Assembly (NCBI GenBank): GCA_038321985.1
Contig: JBBQFN010000003.1
Span: forward strand, 128,001 to 192,000
Length of the DNA stretch: 64,000 nucleotides
Origin: Cyanophyceae cyanobacterium
Lineage (GTDB): Bacteria; Cyanobacteriota; Cyanobacteriia; Cyanobacteriales; Laspinemataceae
Reading direction: 5' to 3'
In this document: positions 36,536 to 47,198 of the stretch, one piece after another
Layout of the letters: each line of letters begins with the position of its first letter
Position numbering within the stretch: position 1 is the first letter of the stretch
The notes under the pieces: generated by a model
Database searches by the model: none
What the model was told of the DNA's origin: nothing
What the model saw: the letters and a program-made list of their open reading frames with translations, nothing else
Program-made: the position numbers and the translations under genes

Positions 36536-37480
36536 TTGTTCCGGATGAATGCGATCGCAGAATTGACAGGTGAGTTAGCCGCCATTGGTGCTGCATTGTT
36601 GTGGGCAGTCGCCTCCGTCGTTTACGGTTACCTAGGGCAGAAAATTCCCCCAATGCTGCTCAATTTAAGTAAAGGAATCGTCGCGATCGCCCTGCTGATC
36701 CTCACCCTGATCCTGCGAGACCTAATTTTGCCGGGGATGAATCTCACCCTCGCCCAACCCCTCCCAGACTTCAATCATTTAGCCGGACCCTTCTTCCTGT
36801 TACTACTCAGTGGGGCAGTGGGCATTAGTTTCGGGGATACGGTTTTTTTTGCCGCCCTGAATCAACTCGGTGCAAGGCGAACTCTTTTAATTCAAACCTT
36901 GGCACCGCCTCTGACTGCCTTACTCGCCATCCTATTTTTAGAGGAACAACTCCCCCTCATTGCCTGGGGTGGGATGATCATCACCATTATTGGGGTTGCT
37001 TGGACCATTGCCGAACGCGTTACTATCTCTAACACCACCCCGCCTCACGTCCAGGGCGTCAGTTTGGGATTGTTGGCGGCCCTAGCCCAGGCAAGCGGGG
37101 CGGTTCTCTCTCGCGCTGCCCTCGCCCAAACAGAGATTGACCCGTTATGGAGTACCTTGATGCGCTTGTTGGCCGGAGTCTCTATCTTGCTGCTAGGGAT
37201 CTTGTGGAAACAGGGCCGTAGTTTTCTCCATCAGTTGTGGTCTAAACGCCTATTTGCGATCGTTATCGTCACCGCATTTTTTAGCACCTATCTCGGGATT
37301 TGGTTATCGCAAATTTCTCTGAAGTTTGCACCCGCAGGCATTGCCCAAACCCTAAGTGCAACCAGTCCCATCTTTGTTTTACCCATCGCGCTCGCCATTG
37401 GGGAAGTAGTCAGCCTTCGGGCAATTCTCGGGGCAGTTGTCTGTTTATTAGGAATTGCCCTCTTATTCCTCTGGCGCTAA
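36536..37480 (+). CDS. DMT/EamA family transporter
   Basis: ~10 TM segments, duplicated EamA halves, 'GDTVFFAALNQLG'. Confidence 0.9.
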   Translation: MFRMNAIAELTGELAAIGAALLWAVASVVYGYLGQKIPPMLLNLSKGIVAIALLILTLILRDLILPGMNLTLAQPLPDFNHLAGPFFLLLLSGAVGISFGDTVFFAALNQLGARRTLLIQTLAPPLTALLAILFLEEQLPLIAWGGMIITIIGVAWTIAERVTISNTTPPHVQGVSLGLLAALAQASGAVLSRAALAQTEIDPLWSTLMRLLAGVSILLLGILWKQGRSFLHQLWSKRLFAIVIVTAFFSTYLGIWLSQISLKFAPAGIAQTLSATSPIFVLPIALAIGEVVSLRAILGAVVCLLGIALLFLWR

Positions 37481-37709
37481 TCTCACGATATCCCTAAAAA
37501 ACGCGACTTTATTTTTCTGAAACCCCTAGACTTTTTCGTTTTTTTATGATAAGATAAAGTTGATAAGGAAGAACTATCTTTTAACCTTTAATTTAACACA
37601 GATTCCCATTATATAATAATATCAAAAATTGTCAAATTTGTTGCAGAAACAACAACTCTATTTTGTAGCGTACTCACCCGTTTTTTAGCGGGAAAACGGG
37701 TGATCGCAC

Positions 37710-38372
37710 TTAGCGTTTGAACGCCAGAGAGAGTCCATCGGCGATCGGAACTACACTCAACGAGATCCGTTCATCTTGGGCTAACTTAGCATTCACAGCT
37801 CTAATCGCTTCAGTATTGGGATCATCAACCGTAGGGTCAGCGACTTGACCCCCCCACAACACATTATCAATAGCAATTAAACCCCCGGTGCGAACCAGTT
37901 GCAGACAGCGTTCGTAATAATGACCGTAGTTTTCCTTATCCGCATCAATAAAGGCAAAATCAAACGTACCCGCCTCGCCAGATTCCAGGAGGCGATCGAG
38001 GGTATCCAATGCAGGTGCAATCCGCAAATCAATCTTATCCGCCACTCCTGCCGCCTGCCAATAAGGGCGTGCGATTGCCGTATAATCTGCGCTAATATCA
38101 CAAGCGACAATTCTACCCTGTTCCGGGAGAGCCAACGCCACCGCTAAGGCGCTGTAGCCGGTAAAAACGCCGACTTCCAGGGTTTTGGTGGCCCCGAGTA
38201 ATTGCACCAACAGGGCCATAAATTGGCCTTGTTCCGGTGCGATCTGCATTCGAGAAAGAGGATGAGAGGCGGTTTCCTCTCGTAAAGAGCGCATAACTTC
38301 AGGTTCACGCCCACAAATCGAGAGGAAATACTCGTGGAGGCGATCGTCTAATCCTAACGTTTTGTTAGACAT
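37710..38372 (-). CDS. SAM-dependent O-methyltransferase (caffeoyl-CoA OMT-like)
   Basis: 'LEVGVFTGYS', 'FDFAFIDADK', 'IDNVLWGG'. Confidence 0.92.
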   Translation of the reverse strand: MSNKTLGLDDRLHEYFLSICGREPEVMRSLREETASHPLSRMQIAPEQGQFMALLVQLLGATKTLEVGVFTGYSALAVALALPEQGRIVACDISADYTAIARPYWQAAGVADKIDLRIAPALDTLDRLLESGEAGTFDFAFIDADKENYGHYYERCLQLVRTGGLIAIDNVLWGGQVADPTVDDPNTEAIRAVNAKLAQDERISLSVVPIADGLSLAFKR

Positions 38373-38445
38373 AGTTGAGTAGGGTTAAGGGTAGAGGGTG
38401 ATAACAGGAATAGATCTATAGTAGATAGTAAAAGGGGAAGTTAAC

Positions 38446-38922
38446 ATGAGTAGCATCCAAATTAAACCAATTTTAAGAGCGATCGCGCTGACCCTTTTAA
38501 TTGGGTTGTTGAGTAGCTGTAGTATTAATTTAAGTGTGACGGGATTTCAGCCGACGCGAGAGGTTATCCAACGGGCGATCGCCCTACAACTGAGTCAAAA
38601 CCAGGAAGAACTTCGACAGCATCTTAGTCAGCATGGGCAATCCGGGAATCCTATGCCCAACTATGAAGTGAATCGGGTGGAGATTTGGGAACAAGACCCT
38701 TTGAAAATTAACGGACTGCTGACTTATCATATCCAAGGCATTTATAACTTAACTATTCAACTCCCCGAAAAACGGGTCACCGATCGCAAAAATAACTTTG
38801 ACCTGTATTTGCAACGGCAACAAGAGGGGAAAACTTGGCGGGTAGCGAAACCGATAGCTACGGAAGAAAAGGAGCAGCAAACTTGGGCAACTTATTTAAT
38901 TAAGCCGCCCGGTTATATGTGA
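38446..38922 (+). CDS. Hypothetical lipoprotein
   Basis: Lipobox 'LSSC' after a hydrophobic stretch. Confidence 0.7.
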   Translation: MSSIQIKPILRAIALTLLIGLLSSCSINLSVTGFQPTREVIQRAIALQLSQNQEELRQHLSQHGQSGNPMPNYEVNRVEIWEQDPLKINGLLTYHIQGIYNLTIQLPEKRVTDRKNNFDLYLQRQQEGKTWRVAKPIATEEKEQQTWATYLIKPPGYM

Positions 38923-39034
38923 TAGTGAATCCCGCTTTAAAAGTCTAATTGACCCCATAGCCGGGGTCGGGAGCTTTGTTCCTGTAGGCGCACCCGCCGG
39001 GGTTTCGGCGATCGCTAATACCGACCCGCAAGCC

Positions 39035-40579
39035 CTAAGAAAAATCCCAGACCCACTCACATAAATTCCAGTGAAATTGAAGTTGTGCCGGGTCCGGTCG
39101 AAATTCCGGCACAGTCGCCTGACGAAGGAGTTTCCCGTGGTATTCGGCGTAACTGGTTTCCCGTAATCGGGGAGCAAACAGTATGGTCATTGATTGGGGT
39201 TCGATCGCCAACAAATGCAGATCAAAGAGAGTATGAATATCTGCTCGCAACAATAAGCCGGATGAGGGATGAGTGGAAGAAAGGGCAGCCTTGAAGTTGA
39301 GATAAACCGCTTCTAAAACAGGTTCTACATTACAATCCGTGATGGCGCAACAGCCCTCATACGCAGCAAATAGGTTTTGCCGTAATTCTCCAGGGCCGCG
39401 CCGGTGAGAAATCGCAATACTCGCACTGTTAAAATGCCTGAGTTTACCCACAGGGAGTCCCAATTCTGGCCCAGAATCAGCCTGGGGGCCGGGGAGGGAG
39501 ACCCTCGTTCCATTCTCCCGTGGTAAAGGAGGGATGACAAATTCTAAGGGTTCTGGAGTCGGAGCAATTGCAGCATCCGGGGGGTTCAAAGGCGATCTCC
39601 TTGCCTTTGAGGAAGACAAGGGTTCCAGTGAACCTGTAACAGGACCTCTCGACGAAGCTGGGGGAGCATTTGGGGAGTAACCATTGGCGAAAAGCAAGAG
39701 GTCTTTCTTCGTCTGATTTGCCCCGGGTTCAACCGGGGAAGTCGGAGCGATTTCCGGGGGCTGTCGCATTTGGGGGATCGACCCATTCGGCAGTAGCGCT
39801 TGCTCTAAACTGTTCCCATTCGGCAACCTTGCCCCCTTCAGGTTTGCTCCCTTCAGAGAAACCCCCTGCATATTCTCGATCGCAGGCATTTGAGCCTCGC
39901 TCAGATTGGCCCCCTCGAAACTGGTGCTAAACAATTTAGCATCCGTCAAATTAGCCCGTTGTAGAGACGCTTGGTTGAGATTAGTCCGGGTTAAATTAGC
40001 TCCAATCAGGTTCGCCCGTTCCAGAGTTGCCCCTTGAAGATTGGCCCCTTCCAAATTGGCTCCCGTAAGATTTGCCCCGGTGAGGTTTGCTTCTTGCAGC
40101 TTCCCCCGTTGAATATCGGCATCGGATAAATCTGCATCCTGGAGCATTGCTACCCGCAAATCCGCCCCATTCAGGTTAGCTTTGTCCAGATTGGCATCCT
40201 GAAACTTTGCCAACCGGAGACAAGCCTCTCGCAGATTGGCAAACGAGAGATTGCACTTAATCAGGGTTGCCCCTTGAAGATTCGCTTCACTCAAATCCGC
40301 CCATTGCAAACAAGCCCCTTTCAGGTTGGCGTCTTTCAGGGTCGCTTTGTGCAGAACTGCATCAGAGAGATTTGCTTTTTGAAGGTCCGCCCAAGACAAA
40401 TTGGCCCCTTGGAGATTCGCCCCTTGGAGTTCGCCCCAGCGAATGTAAGCTCCCTGGAGGTCGGCTTCTTGTAAATTAATTCGCTTGAATTCTACACCGC
40501 TGAAATCCGCATTTTTAAAGTTTCTGCGCCCCTCGGCATAAAAGCGGATGACATCTTTTAAGCTGATTTTATCCCCCAT
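39035..40579 (-). CDS. Pentapeptide repeat protein with C-terminal degenerate HNH domain
   Basis: N-terminal pentapeptide repeats, Pro-rich linker, 'CAITDC...LEAVYL...GLLLRADIHTLFD'. Confidence 0.85.
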   Translation of the reverse strand: MGDKISLKDVIRFYAEGRRNFKNADFSGVEFKRINLQEADLQGAYIRWGELQGANLQGANLSWADLQKANLSDAVLHKATLKDANLKGACLQWADLSEANLQGATLIKCNLSFANLREACLRLAKFQDANLDKANLNGADLRVAMLQDADLSDADIQRGKLQEANLTGANLTGANLEGANLQGATLERANLIGANLTRTNLNQASLQRANLTDAKLFSTSFEGANLSEAQMPAIENMQGVSLKGANLKGARLPNGNSLEQALLPNGSIPQMRQPPEIAPTSPVEPGANQTKKDLLLFANGYSPNAPPASSRGPVTGSLEPLSSSKARRSPLNPPDAAIAPTPEPLEFVIPPLPRENGTRVSLPGPQADSGPELGLPVGKLRHFNSASIAISHRRGPGELRQNLFAAYEGCCAITDCNVEPVLEAVYLNFKAALSSTHPSSGLLLRADIHTLFDLHLLAIEPQSMTILFAPRLRETSYAEYHGKLLRQATVPEFRPDPAQLQFHWNLCEWVWDFS

Positions 40580-40680
40580 ATCCCCAGTCCCCCTTCTTCG
40601 TTCTTATTATGAATTGTTTTTAAGAAAATATTCAGGAACTACCCCGAGTGGTGGGACAAGATGGGGATTTGACCCAGGAC

Positions 40681-40705
40681 GTAGGGTGGGTAATGTCCAC
40701 CCTAC
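40681..40705. repeat. REP-like palindrome
   Basis: GTAGGGTGG-gtaatgt-CCACCCTAC. Confidence 0.65.
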
Positions 40706-40743
40706 TTGGCGACTTGGCACGGATTTTATTCGGGGGAGTTCCC

Positions 40744-42117
40744 TTACAATAATCCAGAGGATTCATACAGCCGTCGCAATAGGGCCAAAATTTTCTGACC
40801 ATATTGGAGATCTGCTGCCCAGCGACCACTGAGTTGTTCCAGTAAAGGGGCAATGCCACGGGCGACAAAGCGAAAGCGCGGATCAACCTGTTCCATGACG
40901 AGGGGTTCGATGCTGGCGTAGGCTTTCAAATGTTGGATATGGGCGCGGACCCCAATCCGAGCGCTGGGAAAAGAAGCGGCAGTATTGCCTCCACCTACCG
41001 AACCCAACCCAGCAAAATTGTTTTGAATGGGTTGGATTTCACCATTAAAGCGTAGAAAATTAGTTTCCAAACACATTTGACAGAAGGCGATATCGTAATT
41101 GATGCCTTCGATCGCCGCTTCTTCTCGGTACAGTTTGGGAAGGTCAGGAAACTGGACGATCGCCTGGGGATTGTTGCCTTTTAGAAAGACAATCAGTTGG
41201 ACTTCTGAGGTGTTTCCATGTCCGACAATGCGATCGAGAAAGCCCGGACAAATTTGCAAAATTGAGCGCAACATAACCGTGCGCGTCGCCCCATCCCATG
41301 AGACCGAGATATCATGTTCCCGTAACTCAATTCCTCGGACATATACAATATTCCGATAGGTCACCCGACGAACGGCTGCATTCGTAGATAGATTGACTTT
41401 AAAGCTATCCACGACATCAATGGGAATATAAGCGTTGCCATTAATGATGATGCCCTGTTCTCCATAGATTTGTCCATTAATAGTGATATTAATGGGGGGA
41501 TAGGTGGTTGGGACCGGGCTGCTAGAAGCCGGAGGCACGGGGTCTGGAAGAGGCGTACCCCCAGCCCAAGCTAGCAGACCCTCGGCTATGCCAATGGCGA
41601 AGTCCCGACGACGATTTTGCAGTAAAGAGCGGTCATCCGGGTTGGTCAGATAGCAGACCTCCATCAGCAGGGAAGGGAGAATCACCCAACGATTGAAGGC
41701 CAGAGTGCCCAAGCTCGTAGCCGTATCGGGTTTGGCTCCTCGGTTGGGAAGTTGAGGGACCCGTCGCAGTAAACCGAGGAGCAGTTGTTCGGCATTTTTC
41801 TGACGTTGGTCATTCTGGGCGATATAGTAGACGCTTGCTCCACGGCCCGTGGGGTTGGCAAATGCATTGGCATGGATTTCCAGGGCCACATCCCCGCTAC
41901 GGGCGCGGGTATTAATCCAGGAGATTGACTGACTCATGCTCAGGTTATCGGGAACGGATAAGACTTCTATTGATGAGCGCGATCGCAACTCGGTCACGAT
42001 TAAATCCCGTAGCAGGATCATTTCCTGAGCTTCCGTTGTCCCCCCAGCAACTGTCCCCGGATCCCGTACGCCATTCTCATAACCCCCGTGACCCGCTGAA
42101 ATAAAAATTCTGCTCAT
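40744..42117 (-). CDS. N-acetylmuramoyl-L-alanine amidase + glucosaminidase-like cell-wall hydrolase (TftA-like)
   Basis: 'IFISAGHGG', 'EIHAN', 'LLMEV', C-terminal 'FCQMCLET...NNFAGLG...AHIQHLKAYA'. Confidence 0.85.
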   Translation of the reverse strand: MSRIFISAGHGGYENGVRDPGTVAGGTTEAQEMILLRDLIVTELRSRSSIEVLSVPDNLSMSQSISWINTRARSGDVALEIHANAFANPTGRGASVYYIAQNDQRQKNAEQLLLGLLRRVPQLPNRGAKPDTATSLGTLAFNRWVILPSLLMEVCYLTNPDDRSLLQNRRRDFAIGIAEGLLAWAGGTPLPDPVPPASSSPVPTTYPPINITINGQIYGEQGIIINGNAYIPIDVVDSFKVNLSTNAAVRRVTYRNIVYVRGIELREHDISVSWDGATRTVMLRSILQICPGFLDRIVGHGNTSEVQLIVFLKGNNPQAIVQFPDLPKLYREEAAIEGINYDIAFCQMCLETNFLRFNGEIQPIQNNFAGLGSVGGGNTAASFPSARIGVRAHIQHLKAYASIEPLVMEQVDPRFRFVARGIAPLLEQLSGRWAADLQYGQKILALLRRLYESSGLL

Positions 42118-42540
42118 ATTTCTGGTTTAATTTTGTGCACCTGTTTCCATCTATCTTCATCACCTCCGGTCACCAATCGGTGATACTCGCCCTATCAAAG
42201 CTAGGGAATATTTGTTGAGGAGAGAATTAGGGGTCCCCAGAGCGCCATGGCCTCCAGTTTTCCCTGGGCTTTGTTTGGGTAGGGGCATCCCGAATAGAAT
42301 AATAAATTGCAGCGAAATCACGGATGCCATTGGGGTTCTCCAGCGTGTAACCTGGAGCAAAAGGACTCAGCCGCACCGACGGGCGTGCCGTAGAAACCAT
42401 CCTTCTGTGTTTAAAACAAGCAGAGTCGCCCTGTCATTGCTGAATGAAATGGGAACTCCGTTTGTAGATCCGGGAGTAACAGTTTAGAGACTTAAAGGCA
42501 GTCGATCGAGTCCAGGAACGATTCCGAAAACCCTCGCTAA

Positions 42541-44841
42541 ATGCAGCCTAGGGCAAACTGGCCTGGGGAAATCATGGCCCCGAACCCACTCAAACTGTGC
42601 CTGTTGGATCTCGTCACCCGGAGAAGTATTGCAAACATGGCTAAGTCTTTTACTATAGACTTGAGTTCACCCGTTCGGAGGCCCGAACCCCCGGCTCGAT
42701 TCATGGAAGAGTTCCACCCCGCTGATTTAGGGAGACAAATGGCCCAAATCCTCCTGAGGCAGACCCAGAGCGGGACTCTGTTGCGCGATATGCTGGAGTG
42801 GGTGGGTTCGCTCTTCCCTGCCGATTGTTACCTGATTGTGGTCCAAAACCCCCAACACCAGAGCGTACAGAAGACCCACATTTGGCAATCGGAAACCTCA
42901 GAGGCCCCGTTTCTGCCCGAGGAATTGGCAACGATCCAAGGACTGAATTGGGTAGAAATCCTAAAAGGTGCAAACCTGATGGTAATTTCTAATCCCCAGA
43001 CTGGGGGAAAGAAGGTCCCCGGGGGCGAGGTTTGGGCCGATATGCCGGTGAGGGAAGTCTTAGGGATCTCTACCCGATTTCAGGAGAAGATTAACGGGGC
43101 CATTGTCGTGATGCGGGGATTTCTACGAGGGGGGGAGGGAAAGGCCGGTCCAGTCCAGATGACGCAATCCCCGGGGTCCCGTTGGACTGCTTTAGAAATG
43201 ATTAACCTAACTGCCGTATCAGAACAAGTGGCGATCGCGCTCAATCAAGTTATGGAGACTCACGAAATCGGGTCCTTGCAACAGCAGGTTCGCCATCAAG
43301 AAAAATATCAAACTCTAATCCACGAGCTCACGATCTCAATTCATCGGGGGGCCGATATTGAACGAATACTTCAGATGGCAATCAATAATCTGGCGGAAAC
43401 GTTGCAAGTTGATCGCGGTCGCATCCTCTTGTTAAAATATGCCGACCCCCTTTTTAAAACCCGATTCCAGAACAGCAACCGGCTCGCAGCTTCCCGGGAC
43501 GGGGATTCAGACAGGCCCCCAGACCTAACAGCGGCCCAGCGCCTTCCCAAAGCTAAAGTAACCGTCGTCTCCGAAAGCATCCCCCATTCTGAGGGGAATT
43601 TGGAGTCCTTACCTCCCCTGTGCGACTCCCAGTCCGCCGGCACAAAGGGCGATCGCTCTTTTTGGTTGTCCGAATGTTACTGGTGTCAGCAAGCCTTTTT
43701 ATCCGCCCCCAATTCCCTGGCGATCGCCGATCGCCGTGCCCTCCTCGCTCTCAATCCGGATATCGGCACCTCCCCTATCTTCACCCCGGAAACCATGCCC
43801 GCGCTGCTTACCTTTCCCTTAGTCGGGATTAGCAGTGCTGGATCCGGTCCCGGCACGGTTTTAGGCTTTATCGTCTTAGAACACAGTGCACCGCGTCTGT
43901 GGCAAGTAGAAGAACTTCGGCTGGTAGAATTAATCGCCGCGCAACTGAGTACCGCTATCCTCCACAGCCAAACCATGCAGCAAGTGCAGGCATTGGTAGA
44001 AGAACGCACCGCTCAATTACAGCGCTCTTTGGACGTTCAAGCCAAACTCTACGAAAAAACCCGGCAGCAAATTGACCAACTGCGCCAGTTAAACCAACTC
44101 AAGGATGAATTCCTGACCACCCTCTCCCACGAACTTAATACCCCACTTACGAGCATGAAAGTCGCGATCCAGATGTTGCGACAGCCTGGAATTACCCTCG
44201 ATCGCCAAACCCGCTACCTGGACATCTTAGAGTCCGAATGGCGCAGAGAAAGCAATTTAGTCCGAGATTTGCTGAAACTTCAGGAGTATGAGTCCAATCA
44301 AGCCTCGATTCACGTTCAAACCCTGGATTTAAAAATCGTCCTCAACGAAATCGCCAATTCGTTCCAGAATAAATTTGAAGAAAAGGGATTAAACCTGTGC
44401 TTAGAACTGCCGAAACGTACCCCTAAAGCGGCGGGTAAAAAGTTTTTTAAACTCAACACCGACGCGGAAAGTTTTGATCGCATCCTCCACGAACTGCTTA
44501 CCAATGCCAGAAAATATTCCGACCCTGGCACCACAGTTTATTTAAAAGCTACTCATCAAATTGATTTACAACAAAACCAAGTAATCGTGACGTTAACCAA
44601 TACGGGTGGGGGAATCTCTCCTGAGGACCTCCCCCATATTTTTGAAAAGTTTCGTCGGGGTCAAGGGGTCACCCAACAAGCGATCGGCGGTACGGGCTTA
44701 GGATTGGCCTTGGTCAAGTGTTTGGTGCAGCATCTCAATGGCTCGATTACCGTCTCCAGCCAACCTATAAAAAACTCGACAGCATGGGAAACCTGTTTCA
44801 CCTTGACCTTACCTCAACTGGTTGACAGTTCCCTCGGCTAA
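42541..44841 (+). CDS. GAF-domain sensor histidine kinase (start uncertain)
   Basis: H-box 'LSHELNTPLT', 'ELLTNARKY', 'GGTGLGL'. Confidence 0.9.
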   Translation: MQPRANWPGEIMAPNPLKLCLLDLVTRRSIANMAKSFTIDLSSPVRRPEPPARFMEEFHPADLGRQMAQILLRQTQSGTLLRDMLEWVGSLFPADCYLIVVQNPQHQSVQKTHIWQSETSEAPFLPEELATIQGLNWVEILKGANLMVISNPQTGGKKVPGGEVWADMPVREVLGISTRFQEKINGAIVVMRGFLRGGEGKAGPVQMTQSPGSRWTALEMINLTAVSEQVAIALNQVMETHEIGSLQQQVRHQEKYQTLIHELTISIHRGADIERILQMAINNLAETLQVDRGRILLLKYADPLFKTRFQNSNRLAASRDGDSDRPPDLTAAQRLPKAKVTVVSESIPHSEGNLESLPPLCDSQSAGTKGDRSFWLSECYWCQQAFLSAPNSLAIADRRALLALNPDIGTSPIFTPETMPALLTFPLVGISSAGSGPGTVLGFIVLEHSAPRLWQVEELRLVELIAAQLSTAILHSQTMQQVQALVEERTAQLQRSLDVQAKLYEKTRQQIDQLRQLNQLKDEFLTTLSHELNTPLTSMKVAIQMLRQPGITLDRQTRYLDILESEWRRESNLVRDLLKLQEYESNQASIHVQTLDLKIVLNEIANSFQNKFEEKGLNLCLELPKRTPKAAGKKFFKLNTDAESFDRILHELLTNARKYSDPGTTVYLKATHQIDLQQNQVIVTLTNTGGGISPEDLPHIFEKFRRGQGVTQQAIGGTGLGLALVKCLVQHLNGSITVSSQPIKNSTAWETCFTLTLPQLVDSSLG

Positions 44842-45014
44842 TTATCGCGGGCGTCCTGGCCCTGGGGGAATCGCCGCCTCACTCTGACCCAGACACAGGG
44901 GCGGGGATTGCCGGCTTTCATGGGGGCGATCGCGCTTGACAACCTCCACCGGCGATGGAGCTCCCCAGTTTAAATCCCCCGAGACCTTTTCATGTTTAAA
45001 TAAAAGGTAGTAGC

Positions 45015-46781
45015 TTGGGCGATCGCCATCCGATGGCCTCGATCGTACAATTTGAGGGAAAGAACTTGTCGCTTGTTCGGGGTGAATTCACATCAATTGA
45101 CCGAAAAATGGTGGTAAAGACGGCTCCGAAACCACTACGTTGGCAACGCTCTAACTATTCTTTGTTAGGACGTCAGCTAGATATTTTTAGCTCCGCTGCT
45201 CAGTTTATGTTCTATCTGTGGTGGGATGACAAAGTGGCTCGCAAGGCCCCCCACCACCGCTATCGTCGCGCTGAATGGCTCGTCGGAACCCTCCTCGATT
45301 TAGGCCCGACGTTTATTAAAATTGGTCAGGCACTCTCTACGCGCGCTGATATTCTCCCCAAGGAGTACGTTAAGGCATTGGCGACCTTGCAGGATCAAGT
45401 CCCCGAATTTGGTTCAGCCCAGGCGATCGCGGTGATCGAATCAGAACTCGGCACCCCGCTTTACTCCCTCTTTCGCGATTTTGATGAATTCCCCATCGCC
45501 GCAGCAAGTCTCGGACAAGTCCACAAAGCCCGTCTCCATACCGGGGAAGATGTGGTCATTAAAGTTCAGCGTCCCGGTTTAGAAAAATTATTTGAACTCG
45601 ATTTTCGAGCGCTGCAAGACTTGGTAAAAATTTGCAATCGCTTTTTACCCTGGACTCGCAAATACGAATTACAAGAAATCTATCAGGAATTTGTTAATTT
45701 TCTTTCTCAAGAAATCGATTATGTTCAAGAAGGAAAAAATGCCGACCGTTTCCGAGAAAACTTTCATGATTACCCCAATATTCTCGTTCCTAAAATCTAT
45801 TGGCGCTACACGAAATGCAAGGTTTTGGCAATGGAATACTTACCGGGTATTAAAATTAACGATCGCCAGACTTTAGAATCCTGCGGCATTGATGTTAAAC
45901 AAGTCAACGTCCTCGGGATTTGCTGTTATCTCAAACAATTGTTAGAAGATGGCTTCTTTCAGGCCGACCCCCATCCGGGAAATATGGCAGTCAATCGCGA
46001 AGGAAGCCTGATTTTTTACGATTTTGGGATGATGGCGGAACTCAAATCTATGGCAAAGGACCGGATGATCCGCACCTTCTTCGCCGTGTTGAGAAAAGAT
46101 ACAGAAGCGGTTCTAGCGAGCTTAATTGAGATGGGCTTAGTTGTCCCGGTTCCGGATATGAAACCCGTGCGCCGGATGATTACCTTTTTGTTAGAAAATT
46201 TCACAGAAAAGCCGCTGGAAATTAAGGCATTACGGGAACTGCGAAGCGAATTATATGCAATGTTTCAGCAGCAACCCTTTCGCTTACCGGCACAAATGAC
46301 GTTTATTCTCAAATCCCTGACCACTCTGGATGGGATTGCGCGCACTTTAGACCCCCAATACAATCCCGTTGCCTGTGCCAAACCCTTTATTAGGCGGGTG
46401 ACAACAGGGCGGGGTAAAACCAGTCTCCTCAGCGGACTAACTCAACAGGCGCGAGAGTTTGTCAAATATCGATTGCAGCAACCCCGGCAAGGGGAAATCA
46501 TCCGCCGGATGGAACAACGAATTGAACGGGGTGAGTTGGAATTTCGGGTGCGGTCCGTAGAAAGCGATCGCCTCCTCAAACGCATGAATTTAGGCATTAA
46601 AAGTTTGATTTATGCCTGCGTCAGTGGATTTTTCTTAATCGCCGGTGCAGTTCTATTGGTGGGGACCTATCACGGCGGGGCGATCGCCTTCTTTACCCTG
46701 TCCGGTTTGACCTGTTTAATCTTCCTGCGCTCTTTGCTAAATCTATCCGTTCAGGAAAAGTTTGATAACCTGTCAGAATAA
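45015..46781 (+). CDS. ABC1/AarF/UbiB family kinase; probable start ~45108
   Basis: 'LGPTFIKIGQ', 'AAASLGQVH', 'VIKVQRP', 'QADPHPGN', 'YDFGM'. Confidence 0.93.
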   Translation: MGDRHPMASIVQFEGKNLSLVRGEFTSIDRKMVVKTAPKPLRWQRSNYSLLGRQLDIFSSAAQFMFYLWWDDKVARKAPHHRYRRAEWLVGTLLDLGPTFIKIGQALSTRADILPKEYVKALATLQDQVPEFGSAQAIAVIESELGTPLYSLFRDFDEFPIAAASLGQVHKARLHTGEDVVIKVQRPGLEKLFELDFRALQDLVKICNRFLPWTRKYELQEIYQEFVNFLSQEIDYVQEGKNADRFRENFHDYPNILVPKIYWRYTKCKVLAMEYLPGIKINDRQTLESCGIDVKQVNVLGICCYLKQLLEDGFFQADPHPGNMAVNREGSLIFYDFGMMAELKSMAKDRMIRTFFAVLRKDTEAVLASLIEMGLVVPVPDMKPVRRMITFLLENFTEKPLEIKALRELRSELYAMFQQQPFRLPAQMTFILKSLTTLDGIARTLDPQYNPVACAKPFIRRVTTGRGKTSLLSGLTQQAREFVKYRLQQPRQGEIIRRMEQRIERGELEFRVRSVESDRLLKRMNLGIKSLIYACVSGFFLIAGAVLLVGTYHGGAIAFFTLSGLTCLIFLRSLLNLSVQEKFDNLSE

Positions 46782-47198
46782 TCTCGGTTATTGCGGGTGT
46801 TTTTTCTGGCTGCGCCTAGGAGATCAGGCCCCGGGCTTGCGGTGAGGCAGTCCAACTTCGGCTATGAAGCCATCGGATTGGCCCTAACCAATTTGTCCGA
46901 TTCCGTTAGGGTCGCCCTATAAAAAATGGGATAATATAGGTTTAACAAAGAGGCAGGGAAGTTTCTAGCTCCTGCCAGAAGTGCAGTCGGGTGCTTTTCA
47001 TAAACTGAGTCGGTGGGTCTTATCATAAAATATCCGGTTTTTTGGTTATTTTAGTTACAAATGGGGTGTCTGTTTATTCGTCCGCTTAATTGGAACTCCC
47101 CCTTAAACCTTTGGGGAACCTTTCGGGTTGAAAGTGAGAAAATTCGGGGAGTCTCCTCAACTATTAGTAACCTATAAGGGAAACCAACGGCGATCGCC

